Source: Octopus vulgaris (lineage: Eukaryota). Taken from it: a stretch of DNA of 64,000 nucleotides. The position numbers and the translations under genes are program-made. The stretch is taken from the NCBI GenBank assembly GCA_951406725.2, contig OX597825.1, forward strand, positions 51,646,001-51,710,000. The letters run 5' to 3'. This document shows positions 26,600 through 41,200 of the stretch, piece by piece (the first letter of the stretch is position 1; every line of letters begins with the position of its first letter). The notes under the pieces were generated by a model that worked only from the letters and a program-made list of their open reading frames with translations, did no database searches and was not told where the DNA came from.

Positions 26600-28735
26600 T
26601 CTTGTTGTTTTCTTCATGCAAGGAGATTTCACATCGCCACTCATGTATGTGCCCAACTGTTGGCTCGCTTGGTGCATGAGGGAGTTTGATTCCCCTGCCC
26701 TCTACTGTACCACTTGTCCAGCCGTTGGTCCATCCGGCATTGCGTAGAGAAGGATGTCTAAGTTGCGTACTAGCCCTTCTAGAGTTTTACAAATATAGAT
26801 TATTACATATGTTTCGCGCCTTCACTCCAGGGAATAAAATCGCAGATTTTCAACCTCTCTCTGTAGCTCATCCACTGCACTTTTTCGATCATTTTAGTGC
26901 AGTGGCGTTGGACTGCTTCAAGCTCTGCTGTTAGTTTGGCTCTATGTGGTGACTATAGCTAAGAGCAGTACTCCAGACGGCTGAGAACAAAGGTTCTTTA
27001 TAGGGTCAACATAACTTCTTGGTTTCTTGTCTTGAAGGACCTTAGTATCTTGGACCTTAGTATCCTGCCGGTTGTCTGCACTTTGCTTTTATCTAGGTAA
27101 TGTGCATACGAAATGATGCATCATCGCATATTCTAATCCCCAAGTCTTTCACTGTCTGTGACTCTGGGATTCCAGCGCCTGTATATGCAGGCTGCAGTTC
27201 ATTCGTGAGTTGATAGTGCAGTGCTTGAAATTTTCCGGCATTAAACTGCATGTTGTTTATTTCAGCCCATTGTAAGCTGGCGACGTCATCTTGATTTTCT
27301 TTTATTGCTTGTGATAATTTTGTATCATCGACATAGCTAGTGACAGTAGCTGTCCGAGTGATCATGAGCATGTCTAAGAGGGCTATTATACAAATTAGTG
27401 GCCCCAGGAGAGTTCACTGGATAACGCGACTTACAGTTAGGGTTTCCTCCGAAATGGCACCATTGGCTGAAGCTACCTTACTTCTGTCTTTGGAGAAGTA
27501 ATGCACTTATACTCCCCGTTTACTAGCAATGCCAAAGTCTCGCAGCTTATGAGGTATCATGTCCTGATCTAAATTATCAAATGCCTTTGCAAAGTCAAGC
27601 TCTATCACACTGACATCTGAATGGTGAAGCAGCTACTTCAAGACCTAGTCAGTGTGCTGTAAGAGCTGTCTGTGGTAGCTCCTTCCTGAACGAAAGCCAT
27701 GCTGTGTATTGTTTAATAGCTCATTTTCTACTAGGAACGTTATCAGCTTCTTTCTGATGATTTTAGGATGTTTACTACTTTCAACGAAACTATGGAAAAT
27801 TATTTGAAGTGGTTTCGCTAAACCTTGCTTACATCACTTCAGGAAAGTAGTTGGGAAGACATCGGGACCAGTTGCAGAGCTTGTGCTCATTTCATCTATG
27901 GCCACTGTTATATCTGCCTCCTTAATGTTGATGTAATCGATGGCTGGCGCCTTCATTTTAAAGCTGCAATATTAAAGAATTCAGTCGGGTTTTTAATTGC
28001 CAAATGTCTCAGTGGGGAGGTGACAGCACTTTTAAGTTGTTCACTGAGTACGTCATCTATTCTCTCTGGGTCCACGGTCAGTGAGCCATTCCCTTCGGAC
28101 AACCGTCCTTTTTTATATTGTATTGTTGCTGTTTCTTTTGAAAATTTATAGAAAGCTTTAGGGCTTGTTTTTATACTATTCACAACTCTGCTCACTCTCT
28201 CTGTCTCTTTCCCTCTCTCTCTCTCTTTCCTCTCTCTTTCTCTCTCTCCTTCTCTCTCTCTCTCTCTTTCTCAGCACTTACTTTCCTTTTCATGAGAGAG
28301 TTTGATCTTTCTTTCGATTTTTAGGAGTGTCGGTATTAAAATAAACTTTTCCCTAACCTTCAGTTGCCTATTCCGGTTTAAGACCTGTCATCTGCGTCAC
28401 ATAAGGAGTTTTCTGTCCTTGGGAATCTTGTTTGTCGGTTAGCTGGCCTTTCCTTCCGGAGTATATTTAATGCATTCAGCTTGCACTGTTGATAATAAAC
28501 TGAATTTCAATTCAATGTCTTTCATACGTAGGATGTTGGACCAGTTTCGTTTGAGGATATCTTTGCGGATTTATTCCCATTTTGGTTTACTGAAATTCAA
28601 GTTGGATATGACTAGAGTATACATGAAAAGGTAGATACCAACAGTTTGCTTAAGACCATACATAGTTCAACAATGTTGTGGTCTCACAGTACTGTTGGCA
28701 TCACCCTCACATTTTGAATGAGGTCCACATTATCT
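26600..28735 (-). mobile_element. CR1-group LINE ORF2 fragment (linker plus RT), pseudogenised
   Basis: IKTSPKAFYKF, QHGFRSGRS, DFAKAFDN, SYVDDTKL (YADD box), QWAEINNMQFNAGKFQ. Confidence 0.85.
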
Positions 28736-28742
28736 ATGAAGA

Positions 28743-28781
<39 letters not shown>

Positions 28782-28799
28782 CAGGCACATACACAGACA

Positions 28800-29620
28800 T
28801 GAAAGTGTGTAAGTTTGTAAAACCTCACCGGCATAAGTAGCAATAAGTGTGAGTGTATTACAACTACTTCTTAGATCTATCCCCGAGAATTTTACGGACA
28901 ACGTGTTGTATATTGCAGTTGGGACAGGGAATAAATGGAGTTGGAGCGGGTAAGCAGAATCTATGATTTTAGTGCAACACCCTTCCCTATCTACCAATTC
29001 ACTGATCTGTATCTATGAATTATAATTAAAAAGAGAACTGGTATAACAATTAGATATATGATAGCTTTGAAAAACTTGGAATTTTACACAAGACTTACAA
29101 TGATACGAATGGTGGGTGAGGAAGAAATAGTAATTAAGTGGGTTAGTAAGAAGAAAAGAAAGTTGATATGGTTAGATAAAAATGATAGAGAATATATTGC
29201 CTTTGAAGAATAGTTTGCAATCATTTAACTTCAGTCGAACTGAGAAGCAATTATCGATTTCATTTGCGAAATAGACTTGAAAATGATTAGATAAAACTAC
29301 AAAGAAATATTGACGAACAAAGGCAGAGAGAGGGTAATAAGAAAGAGAGAGATAGTAAGTAGAAATAAGAAGAGAAAAAAATTAATTGCAATCACTAAAG
29401 GAAGAAATAACGTCTCCATTTCCCTGAATTGCCAGAAGGTGGAGTATACAGATGTACATATGTTGAATATTATCTAGTCAACTGACCCATTCAGAAGGAC
29501 ATTTAAATCAACAGCTCTTCATTCTTGACAATGGTTAAATAAACCACAGACATCAATATTCATCACATTAGTAATAAAAGAAAATTGTAGTATTGTTTCA
29601 GTGTATATCGATAGCAAAAC
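28800..29620 (-). mobile_element. Very decayed LINE RT fragment
   Basis: Minus-strand remnants resembling the SG.PQG and FADD regions; composition similar to 20900-21520. Confidence 0.35.
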
Positions 29621-29914
29621 CTACAATGACACATGTATAATTTATAATTAATTACGTTTCATGCATAATTCATAGTAATGCTCAACTTTCACCTGCGCAA
29701 ATCAAAATTTTATCCTCCTAGTACGTGCGATAAGTTTCACATGGACGAAACTTTCACAGTTGAGTTTCAGGTATTCTAATAATTTCTTTATTTTGCTGGT
29801 GACCTGCTAAATAATCACTTCATAAACTAGTTTCTAATTACTTAATTATCAATCCCAACCCTTACCTAGCTATTCATCTGTTTAACAGTCGTTTATTAAC
29901 CAACTTTTCACTTA

Positions 29915-30329
29915 TACTCTTTATTCTCTTTTACTCTTGTACTTGTTTCAGTCTTTGACTGTGGCCATGCTGGAGCACCGCCTTATAGTCGAGAAAATTG
30001 ACCCCAGGACTTATTCTTGTAAGCCTAGTACTTATTCTATCGGTCTCTTTTGCCGAACCGCTAAGTTACGGGGACGTAAACACACCAGTATCGGTTGTTA
30101 AGCGATGTTGTGGGGGGGGCAATACAGACACACAAAGACACACACATATATGCATATAAATATATATGATGGGCTTCTTTCAGTTTCCGTCAACCAAATA
30201 CACTCACAAGGCTTTGGTCGGCCCGAGGCAATAGTAGAAGACACTTGCCCAAGGTGCCACGCAGTGGGACTGAACCCGCAACCATGTGGTTGGTAAGCAA
30301 GCTACTTTCCACAGAGCCACTTCTGCGCC
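29915..30329 (-). mobile_element. SINE family 1, full length
   Basis: Reverse-complement match to 102-514. Confidence 0.9.
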
Positions 30330-31092
30330 TTTAAGAAAAGATGTACTCTCCATATTTTCAGTTGGAATTCTAGATAACAATATATAAAATATTTACAGCT
30401 TTAGTAAAAGAAATTAGGAATTATCAATAGCACTTTAAGAAATTCCAAGAAGGGGACATTGATGATCATCTGACAATATTTAGCAACAACATTAGCAACA
30501 GTAACAAGGGAAATATATCAAGCTAAACCATAATCCTCATCAACAGTAGCAATAGCAGGACCATTATGTTAAACGTAGTAGGTGCAAGTGATCGTTTCCA
30601 TCTTTAATAATCATTGGATTTGACAGTTTGGGTTAATTAGGTAATCTTTAATTAATTAATTAGTCTTTAATACTTTAAACAGGCGTTGATTGGGATGAAA
30701 TACATGAAAGTGAAGGTTGGTGTCCCAAAATCACTGGACAAATGCTAAAATCAACCTATTCACAATCCTACATTTCATAAATAAAAGAATCTCAATAAAT
30801 AGGGAATAATTTATATGGAAGACTTCCTTTTCCATGGTTATTAATTGCAGTAATTCCAGACCTTGAGTATATTTGACCCATCCGAAATATACATTTGTAT
30901 TTGTTAGACTAAATTTGTACACACAGGCGAGCGCGCACACATTCACTTACACACACACACACACACACATACACACACACACATACACACAACTTCTAAT
31001 ACCAGTACTATTAGTTTCGCTGTGACTAATTGAAATATACATACACACAAAAGTATGTATGTATGTGTGTATGTATGTAAGTAAGTATGTAT

Positions 31093-31206
<114 letters not shown>

Positions 31207-31862
31207 AGAGCTGAGAGAGAGAAGAGAGAGAAAAGAGAGAGAGAGAGATGGTTTGAAGTGGTGTACAGATTTTGTCTATTTCAAGGGAAGGAAGTAGTCA
31301 GGATTTGGACAAAAACTAATTAAATACCGCTTTCGTCCCTTTCAGAGTATCATCATAGATAATTTCTAATAGCAAATTCATACCTTTATATGTATGTTAG
31401 TTGGAGAAAAAAATCTAGAGCTGAATATATTTTCTTGTTTTGGAAAGAGGGTGTTTTGGGAGTGGTTAAGATGTTCTTTGTTATTTTGAATATATATGTG
31501 TGTGTGTATTTGTTTATGTATGTGTATATGTGTGTGTAAGTATGTGTGTGTAGTGAGTTTTTAAACAAAAAAGAAAGAAGGAAAGAAGGAAATAGGTATT
31601 TTTCTATGGTGGTTTAAATATATGATATATATATATAGAGAGAGATATACATATATAAAGACAGAGGGGGAGAGAGAAAGAGAGAGAGAAAGATTGAGCA
31701 ACGGCACACCAAACGCTTACTCAAAACACTGGCCACCGAAGTATTCAACTAAATAGTGCAAAATATTTTAAAGCTCAGATTCTCTCTAGGTTCTAGAAAC
31801 CGGCTCTATATATTATGGTAAATTATTTAATCAACCGACTGACACGGGTTTTGGTAAATAAT

Positions 31863-32440
31863 GTCATGTGTAGGGGATCCGAACACAGATAATACCCGTG
31901 GTATCTAGTAGCTACACCTTGACAGGAATGGTCAGGTGGAAAGGCATCTCCAGTACTTACACAATTCTTAATCTCTCACTTGATGACTTTTGGTGTCACA
32001 CACTCCTGTCTTCAGCTGGTGGGTGAAACTAAGTGAGGGATATTGTTAACACTACACTATTTGGCGAGAGACTGTTAGAAGGCTTCCTAAGGAGCTATTG
32101 CTAGAGTAACGGGTCCTGCCCAGCTCAAAGGTCAAGTGGCCAGAGCAAAGGCGAATCCCAGGTTGGGGTACACGGTGGTGGCTAACAGCGTGGCAAAGAA
32201 TGGGTCCCGCCATTATAACTTGTCCATGATGCTGACAAGCAGGCTAGGGAGCCATACTGGTTCTCCCATCGCATGCTTTAAAGTAAAGAGCAGGCAGGCC
32301 TCAATTTCGCCGACCAGCGGTGACAGGCAGAAGACTAAGAAAAAAAATGAAATGTTTTTGTGACATCATAAAGTGATGCCTCAACGACCACTTGGTCAAG
32401 GGATGAGAAAAAGGAAGAAACTCTCGCTGCTAAGGAAAGT
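31863..32440. mobile_element. Unclassified GC-richer segment, likely a retroelement UTR or non-autonomous repeat
   Basis: Abrupt compositional island with no credible ORF; family not recognised. Confidence 0.3.
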
Positions 32441-32918
32441 CAAACACACAGGCACACACATACACAGACATAAACACTCACACACAGAGAAACACCCACA
32501 CGAATAAACAGGCACACACACATAAACACACACTCACAAATAGACACATATATATACGCATGACTACTTTAATAAAATAATAAATATACAATGCTGCCTA
32601 ATACAATGGTTATAGTATTCCAGACTAAAGTAGTTTGATATTTAAACAATAGCTTTAAACTAGAGAATAATTTTAGAATTTTTCTTAGAATTTTTCCTAA
32701 ATTATCAGTATTTGTTAAATTACAACTTGCTTTATAAACTGATAAATATTATGTGGATCATATAGTCTTTCTACGAAGATTCATAACATGTATTGAAATA
32801 TGACTAAGAGTTGGGCCAGAGGGTGTTTCAATAGAAATACATAACAATACACATAGAAATATATATTCACGTAGACACACCAAAACACCGTGTGTATGTG
32901 TGTGTTGTGTGTGTGTTC

Positions 32919-32972
<54 letters not shown>

Positions 32973-32979
32973 ATAATAA

Positions 32980-33044
<65 letters not shown>
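32919..33044. repeat. (AGT)n/(AAT)n microsatellite
   Basis: Directly visible. Confidence 0.99.
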
Positions 33045-33339
33045 TAGATTTCAGGAAGAATTGTCTGATGTATATAAATGTTTTTAATTTCTTTCTTTCT
33101 ATAAAGCCTAGACAATGCAAGTTATAAGAAATAATATAGGTATTATTTTTAATAACTTGCTTTCTTTTGCCTTTATAAGAAGAAACAGATATAAATATAT
33201 GAATATGTATATGCATGTATATATGCATATATATGTATATAAATATATATGCATACACACATATATATATATATGTATGTATAAGTATATGTATGTACGC
33301 ATATGTATATGCACATACATACATATATATATATATGTA

Positions 33340-33463
<124 letters not shown>

Positions 33464-33821
33464 TGTACATTTAAAGACATAAGAGGTATCCGTCATAGGA
33501 TTCCTTTCACGTTAGAAGGAACAACTAAAGACCAAACCAATATTAGGGATAAAAACTCGAAGGGAATAAAAAATAAAAACATTTACCATCTATCACCTGG
33601 GCCATGGTTTTTGATATTTTTTAGCAAATAAAATAATTTGCTAGGTGAATTCTTCATCAACAGATACGCCGAGATTAAACATATAAGTCCGTGGCAAATC
33701 CAGCATGGGCTTCTTGCTTATAGAATATAATTTTTCAAATTCACCTCGCAAGTGCAGGTTTTTGTCGACAGCAAAAAATACCGGCATTTCTTATACATAT
33801 ACATATATATATATATATATA

Positions 33822-34199
33822 TTTCTCTCTTTTACTTGTTTCAGCCATTTGATTGTGGCCATGCTGGAGCACCGCCTTTAGTCGAGCAAATCGACGGCCG
33901 GACCTATTCTTTGTAAACATACTACTTATTCTAACGGTCTATTTTGCCGAACCGCTAGATTACGGGGATGTAAATACATCAGCATCGGTTGTCAAGCGAT
34001 GTTGGGGGCACAAACACATACACACACATAAATATATATTCATATATACGACGGGCTTCTTTCAGTTTCCGTCTTCCAAATCCACGCATAAGGCTTTGGT
34101 CGGCCTGAGGCTATAGTACAAGACACTTGCCCAAGATGCCTCGCAATGAACTCGGAACAATGTGGTTCCTAAGCAAGCTACTTACCACACAGCCACTCC

Positions 34200-34200
<1 letters not shown>
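33822..34200 (-). mobile_element. SINE family 1
   Basis: Reverse-complement match to 102-514. Confidence 0.9.
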
Positions 34201-34263
<63 letters not shown>

Positions 34264-34738
34264 TATATATATTATCACATATACATACTTATACTTATAC
34301 CCATAATTAATTCTTAAATAATAACTGCACAAATCTATCATATGTAATATATGTAAAATGGCCGCAGACATTTAAATTATGTTGCTGATACAAAACGGCT
34401 TGCAAGCAGGTTGGATGGTGAAGATTTGAACACTTCTCTTATCAGTGTGTTGGATTAGGATTGACCTGAGACTTAACAACAGCAACTAAATAATATCTGG
34501 ATAGGTTGTCCGACTGTCCAGATTACTGTGCTTACTATTAAATTTTCGAGAAACAGATTTTGTTGTTCTTTTTCTATGTATAATACAATTAAATTAGAAA
34601 AAGCATTTAGCATGGCGAATCTCAATTGACAATGAAAAACAAAAACACCTAAAAACGGTAAGGAATAGTCTACTGGCATCGGTATATCAGGATATTAATT
34701 ACTTCTTTTGAAAGTGTGGCGATTAAGTTTCCAATCTC

Positions 34739-34918
<180 letters not shown>

Positions 34919-36214
34919 CATGCATACATACATACATACTCACACATATATATACATATATATCATTGTCATTGAATGATGTTGATGATGATGGTGATGA
35001 TGGTGGTAGTGGTGGTAGCGGGGGTGGCGGCGGCGGGGGCGGGTGAGGTACATCGACGATGCTGCTGCTGCTGCTGCCGGTGATTGTATACGATGATTTA
35101 ATTGAAGATGCAGAGCTTTTTACTTACATACTGGTTGTGATGTTGCAGGATATAAGTGAAACAAAAAGAATTTATTTTACCGAGCATTCACACTGGAATA
35201 GGAACAAGTGACGTGAAGGAAAACTGCCAACAATACGCACTGGATTTTATAGCTTGTGATATCTATTAACCTGAAGCACCTCTATTCACATGCACATACA
35301 TACACAAACACGTGCGAACACATACATACGCACACACACAGATCTATGTGTATGTATGTGAATACGTATTTACGTGTTCATATGCATCTACGTGTATATC
35401 CAGTTCTTTTCATTTATTTTATGCATGCTTCTTGTTATATGTGCGTGTCCATTTCTGTATATATGCGAGGACATATCTGTGTACGTGTGTGTTTGTTTCC
35501 AGAATCCATTTTCAATTTTCTCTTTGTCTCCGGTTTCATCTTACACATTTTAATTCCATTCTCCCACTTTAATCTGTAAAGCACACTGCAAGTACGAAAT
35601 AATTTTTTTCCTTCCAGTTAATTATGTCTTGGAACTGAAGTAAGAACGGAAAACAAAATGATATAAAATAGGAAATATAAGAACAGCCAAACGTTCTTTA
35701 CATAGCTTTTTTTTTCTGTCCAGCATTGAATTTACTTATTTCGTCGTAACTTGAGATTATGCATTGCCGTGTCGACAGTGTAACAGCTAACCAGCCGATA
35801 GAAAGGTGGTTTGCTTCGTGTTACAATCGCTGTCGTCTTTCCAACTTAGCCACCAACGAATAAATCTGCTTAACTCTCAATAGATAGGCCCGTCTATGTT
35901 GTGTAATTAGTTGTTGTAAGCAGTGGCAATATTGAGAATTTGGCGAGTGCATGAAAATTTACAGATTTCTATTTTAATACTAAGAAAAAGAAAGCTAATT
36001 ATTAAGGCTTGTGGTCTACAATAAAGTGAGTTTTGTCTCCAGTCTGCTTAATGCTATGGTGGCCAAAAATAATAATAAGTGCTTTGGATATTAATTATTG
36101 ACCAAAAATTAATTAATGTTTAGATATATATTTTACTTCTACTTATTCAGTAACAAGCATGCGAGGAATAAATCTGTCAGCCCTCTTATAATTGGTCCTA
36201 ATTTAGGCCGAAGG

Positions 36215-36400
36215 CAAATAATTTTGAAGGAAGGCCTAAGTCGATAACATTGATCCCAGTACCTGACAGGTATTTTAACTTATCGACCACGGAAAAATGA
36301 AAGGCAAATTTGACTCCGGCGTAATCAGAACTTAGAAGGTAAAACCTCGGACCATCATTTTTTGAATGCACTAACGATATAATGATATCGCCATTACCAA
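36215..36400 (-). mobile_element. SINE family 2, diverged
   Basis: TTATCGACCACGGAAAAATGAAAGGCAAATTTGACTCCGGCG is the reverse complement of the family-2 core. Confidence 0.65.
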
Positions 36401-37289
36401 GTTCTCATATCAATAATAATGTGAACATAACGTTGTATCAGAGATATAAACTTTTTGTCTTGGCAAACTTTCTTATATTTGAATTACAGATTCATTTATT
36501 TCTAGCTATGTGTAAGTGAAATCTAATCAAATTTCGAAGATGATATTCAAAAACAGCTCCATACAGTTCCTGCCTTCCCAGACTGGAGAATTCAATGCAC
36601 TAAAGTAGAAGTTGTGCATTGTCTATCTGTCAAGAAGATAAGCATTTCGTTGTTCGACCTTTAAAATGCTACTCCTCATATAAACTTATAAGTGGCTGTG
36701 TACTCTGTAATTTTCTGATTATCTATCAGATCTATGTTCAAAACACAATTAAGAAATCGTCTGCAAAATAAATATGTTACCTTCATACAAACATGAACAG
36801 TCTTCACAGTTTTAAAATAAAAATATTCGTATATATCAACAATGGTGTGTGTCAATATGAAACAGCTCTTAATGTTACAACAATTGAGTGAAGTGCAAAG
36901 AAAATATTTCAAGTAATTAAATGGGGATATGCATAACATATCCTGAAAATTTAAGGGTACATTAAGGTACTTCGAAGGCCTAGAGATCATGTACCCACAA
37001 ACATTGAACTACACTTACAATAGGGTACCATTGATATGCGTGTGCATATCTTAACCATGCATGTTCAGAAGTCAGTATCTATTGGCGAAATGAATATAAT
37101 GCTACCAAAATGTTCAAAGTAAGACCAGAGGTTTAACGAATTTAATTTAATTTATATTCTTATGTACATATATGGTTTCAGCCACACAAATGAATAGTTA
37201 AATTAAAAAGGAAAACAAAAGCGAAACAAACAGGTTGAATATAAGAGTGTGTCACGAGTAATCATTCAATGTCAATATTTTACTTATTA

Positions 37290-37695
37290 AAGGCGGCGAT
37301 CTGGCAGAAACGTTAGCACGCCAGGCGAAATGCGTAGCCGTATTTCGTTTGCCGTTACGTTCTGAGTTCAAATTCCGCCGAGGTCGACTTTGCCTTTCAT
37401 TCTTTCGGGGTCGATTAAATAAGTACCAGTTATGCACTGGCTCGATATATAGACTTAATCCGTTTGTCTGTCCTTGTTTGTCCTCTCTGTGTTTAGCCCC
37501 TTGTGGGTAGTAAAGAAATAGGTATTTCGTCTGCCGTTACATTTTGAGTTCAGATTCCACCGAGGTTGACTTTGTCTTTTATCCTTTTGGCGTCGATTAA
37601 ATAAGTACCAGTTACGCACTGGAGTCGATATAATCGACTTAATCGCTGTGTTTCTCCCTCCTATGTTTAGCCCACTGTGGGCATTAAAAATAAAT
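37290..37695 (+). mobile_element. SINE family 2 with tandem duplication of its body (second unit from about 37521)
   Basis: AGGCGGCGATCTGGCAGAAACGTTAGCACG...GAGTTCAAATTCC...GCCTTTCATTCTTTCGGGGTCGAT (Meta-like domain); the block from GTATTTCGT onward is repeated. Confidence 0.9.
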
Positions 37696-38264
37696 AAATA
37701 AATATATTATACTTATTGATATAAATCTTGCTAGCTGTATCAATTAAGAGGATAATTATCAAAATATGTTGACTATAGCCATTGATGTTATATACATATA
37801 TATAAGCTATATACATATATATAATTCGACGTTATAACATTGGAGTTTGCATTACTAAGCTCCTCCACCAGTACTGGCTATCAGAAACATATTTAAAATA
37901 GAAATCAATACTTTTACTGCTGATACATTTCAAAAACTCAGTTCACATCCGTTCACTTTCTATAATGATTAACAAGGAGAATGGGGTGAGCAATTTGTTT
38001 AATTTCATAATTTTACAATGGTTTCATTGAGAGTTTATCGAAAGATTGCGATATTTTTATAATATACTATGTGTAACTTTATATCCCATCTGAATAATCT
38101 ATCTACATATGTGTGCGTGTGTGTGTGAATGCTTGTTTGTATATATATCGGTAAAGACGTCTTCTGTAGTATTTTCACTCTATTTTGTCCTTTATACATC
38201 CAACCACGTGCATTCACATACCAACTCTCTCATGTATGTGTGTGTATATATATGTGTGTGTGTT

Positions 38265-38293
<29 letters not shown>

Positions 38294-38297
<4 letters not shown>

Positions 38298-41200
38298 GAC
38301 GTCTTTACCGATAGAAGTAAAGTATGAGAATTCCAGACAGGGGAAGGTAATCAGGGATTTTTTCGGTATAAGGTAGATAATCAAAAATATTGGGAATGAC
38401 TAGGTTTTATTAATGTAACATGATTTGGTTTAGAAACAATAGTATGTTAGAAGTGGTTAAGTCTTGCTTCATATTTTTTTCAAAGAGGTTAAGTTTCCTC
38501 ATTTAACATTGCTAGAAATGGCTAAGTTTTGGATTATATGTTTCAATAAAGTAGGCTTCCTTGTTTAATCTAGCTTTCTTGCTTTTCCAATGGCACATTG
38601 ATAAAATGAAAACCTTACAAATTGTGATAGCAGTTGCTTTGCGCATTTCTCAATATGTTCACTAAAGAGTATCTTTCTATATTCTGGGAATGCAATCTGC
38701 TGTAGGTGCAGAGTGCATCTGCGTCTGAGCTATAATCCCGTGGATCCTATGTAGTTTTGGTAGCAGCCCGCGTATCTTATAACATAAATCAGGTTTTCAG
38801 AGGCACAAGTAAAGTCAGATTTGATTTTGAACTTTTGTCCCTCTTTGAAAAGTAATTCTGAGCGTTCTAGAAGGTTTGGGCATGTTGCGCAATTTGATCG
38901 ACCACATTTCTTCACTTTTGTGTCCGTTATTGTAGAAAATAATTTTTCCTTTGGGAGGATCTTTTTTTTTTAGTGATTTCGGTTGTTTGTAGCTTTTAAT
39001 GATATTATGTGTGTGTAAAAATTCCTTTCATTTGGGGTCCTTGTATAGCATTGGTAAATTCTGGGTGATGATGGTGAAGGCTTCTTTGTTTCTGGAGTTG
39101 TATGTGGTTATGTACGGCAGCATTTGCAGGGGAGTTGTGTTGCTGTGTTGAACTTTTCTTAAGGTTTCTATGTCGATTTGTGTTGCACGTCTGATTCCAT
39201 CCTCAATGAGTTGAACTGGATAGTGTCTGTCAATCACAGTCTAAGGTTTCTAGTATTTTTCCGGATACTATTGTGCATATCCTTCGTGCAAGGTTTACGG
39301 GGATGTTTGTTTTGCTGTGTCTTGGGTGGCATGAATTAAATAATAGATGTTGTTTGGCGTCTGGGGTTTTGTAGAATATGTCTTTCTATTTTTAGGCTTA
39401 TTTCTTTAAATTAATATATACACTTCAAACATGAAGTGGTTATTTCGTAGGATGAATTCAACCGATTCAATTATGAATTCTTTGCTGATCCTTTCCGGCA
39501 TTTCTTCCGGATATTGGTCCAGCCAGAACTGAATTTCCTCTAGCCCGTAATTATGAGGTATACTGGTATGTAAATTAATCACATCAAATGAAACCATGAT
39601 TGTTTCTTCCTTGACTTTTTGGGGAGGTGATTTAACATGTCAAGTCATCTCTGATATTGCTATTTATGTGAATAAAGAAAGGTTTCAGGGTGTCCCATGA
39701 ATAGATTTAGTCTGTGTGTTTCACAGGCCAGGCCAGCTATAATGGGTCGTAATTTTAGGTCCCCTGAGTTTAATGTATGTATGTACATATTTGGTGACTT
39801 TTTTATGGTTTTATTTAAAATCTGGCTTTTGTGGATTTTTGGTAGACTGTAGAAAAGGCTAGGTTTGCATTTAAAGTTTGTTAAAATGTCAATTTCTTTG
39901 GTTGTCAGTTCTTTTCCATCGGTTTTATTTAGTGAGGATAGTGTTTTCATTATTTTTTAGCGCGGTGTATTTTGTAATTTTTTCTTAATGTTGACTGTCA
40001 TTCAGCATGGCGATTACTAGATTTTTATAGTATAATGTATCCATTACTACTACTGCACTTACTTTATCTGCTTCCTTAATCGCTATACCTTCATTATTTT
40101 GAAATTCGGTTAGTTCCTTCCATTGTGTTGTGCTAAAGTTTGGGTTAACTGTCTGTTTATGCATAGTGTGGTAGGGAAAGTTCTCAATGTGGTTGCAGAA
40201 TTCATCAAGAGTTTTATTTCTTCCTTTATATGTTCACTTTTGTTTTTGACTAGTGAGTCAACTTCAGTATTGTAATTGGTTAATGCTTCTGTGAGTCTTA
40301 ATTATCTACAGAATTCTAGCATACTGTTCTTCACTTCATTTTGGTTGGTTATGCATGGTGCTGGGGTGAATTTTAACTCTTTTGAGAATATGCCAATCTT
40401 TATGCTTGAAAAAGGTTTAGTTGAGAGATCAATTATCTTCGGTTTTTCTTGATCACTAGGTTCCAATCTGTGTCCTGGTGTCTCTGGTCTGGGGCTAAAA
40501 AATGTTGGTTGCAGTTTTTTTTGCATAAGCCGTCTGTGATGTTGTATGAGATTGGTTCGGGGGAATGGTGGTATTGTTGCCTCAGATTGTTATGTGTGTG
40601 TGTGTGTGTGTCTTTGGGTGTTTTGGTTAGTGATGTGCGTAATATTTCTGTATGTGGTATATTTTTGTTTGAAATCTCTAGTATGCGGGCTGTTTCTTGA
40701 CCTAGTGTTATTTTGTGCTGTTCTTGTGTTCGGTAGGGACCAATAATTTGGGGTTCATGGGGTAGTAGTGTCTGGTATGTTGTGTGCTTCGTATCCTAGT
40801 GTTGTTTTGTGTTGTTATGGGGTGGGTGTGCCTGGTATTGGGACGTTGTTGGTGTGTGCTATTCCTGGTATATTGGTGATCTTTAGATTTGGTGTAATCT
40901 ATTTCATAAATCCGTTTTCTATCAGCTTGTTCGCTATTTAGTTTTGGGTGGTTCAAAAATAATGGTGGTTGGTGATTTCTATTCAGGGTGTATGGAAGAT
41001 AATGAGGGTGGTTGTTGTTTACTAAGTGGTTAAAGTTGGGTGTGATTTGCGCGTTGTTCAGCTTTTGTTTGTTATTTATATTATTTTCTTTAGAAAAGGA
41101 TTATCAGCACTGCATTCTTTTTTAAAGGTTGATTCATATATTTGGAAGAAACCATTGCTTTTTTCCCAACGTAGGAGAGTATTTTGTTCTTCCTTTTCAC

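Noticed and set aside
35779-35800. TGTAACAGC resembles the start of vertebrate miR-194
   Set aside because: Only 9 nt match, the rest differs, and the family is not expected in molluscs.
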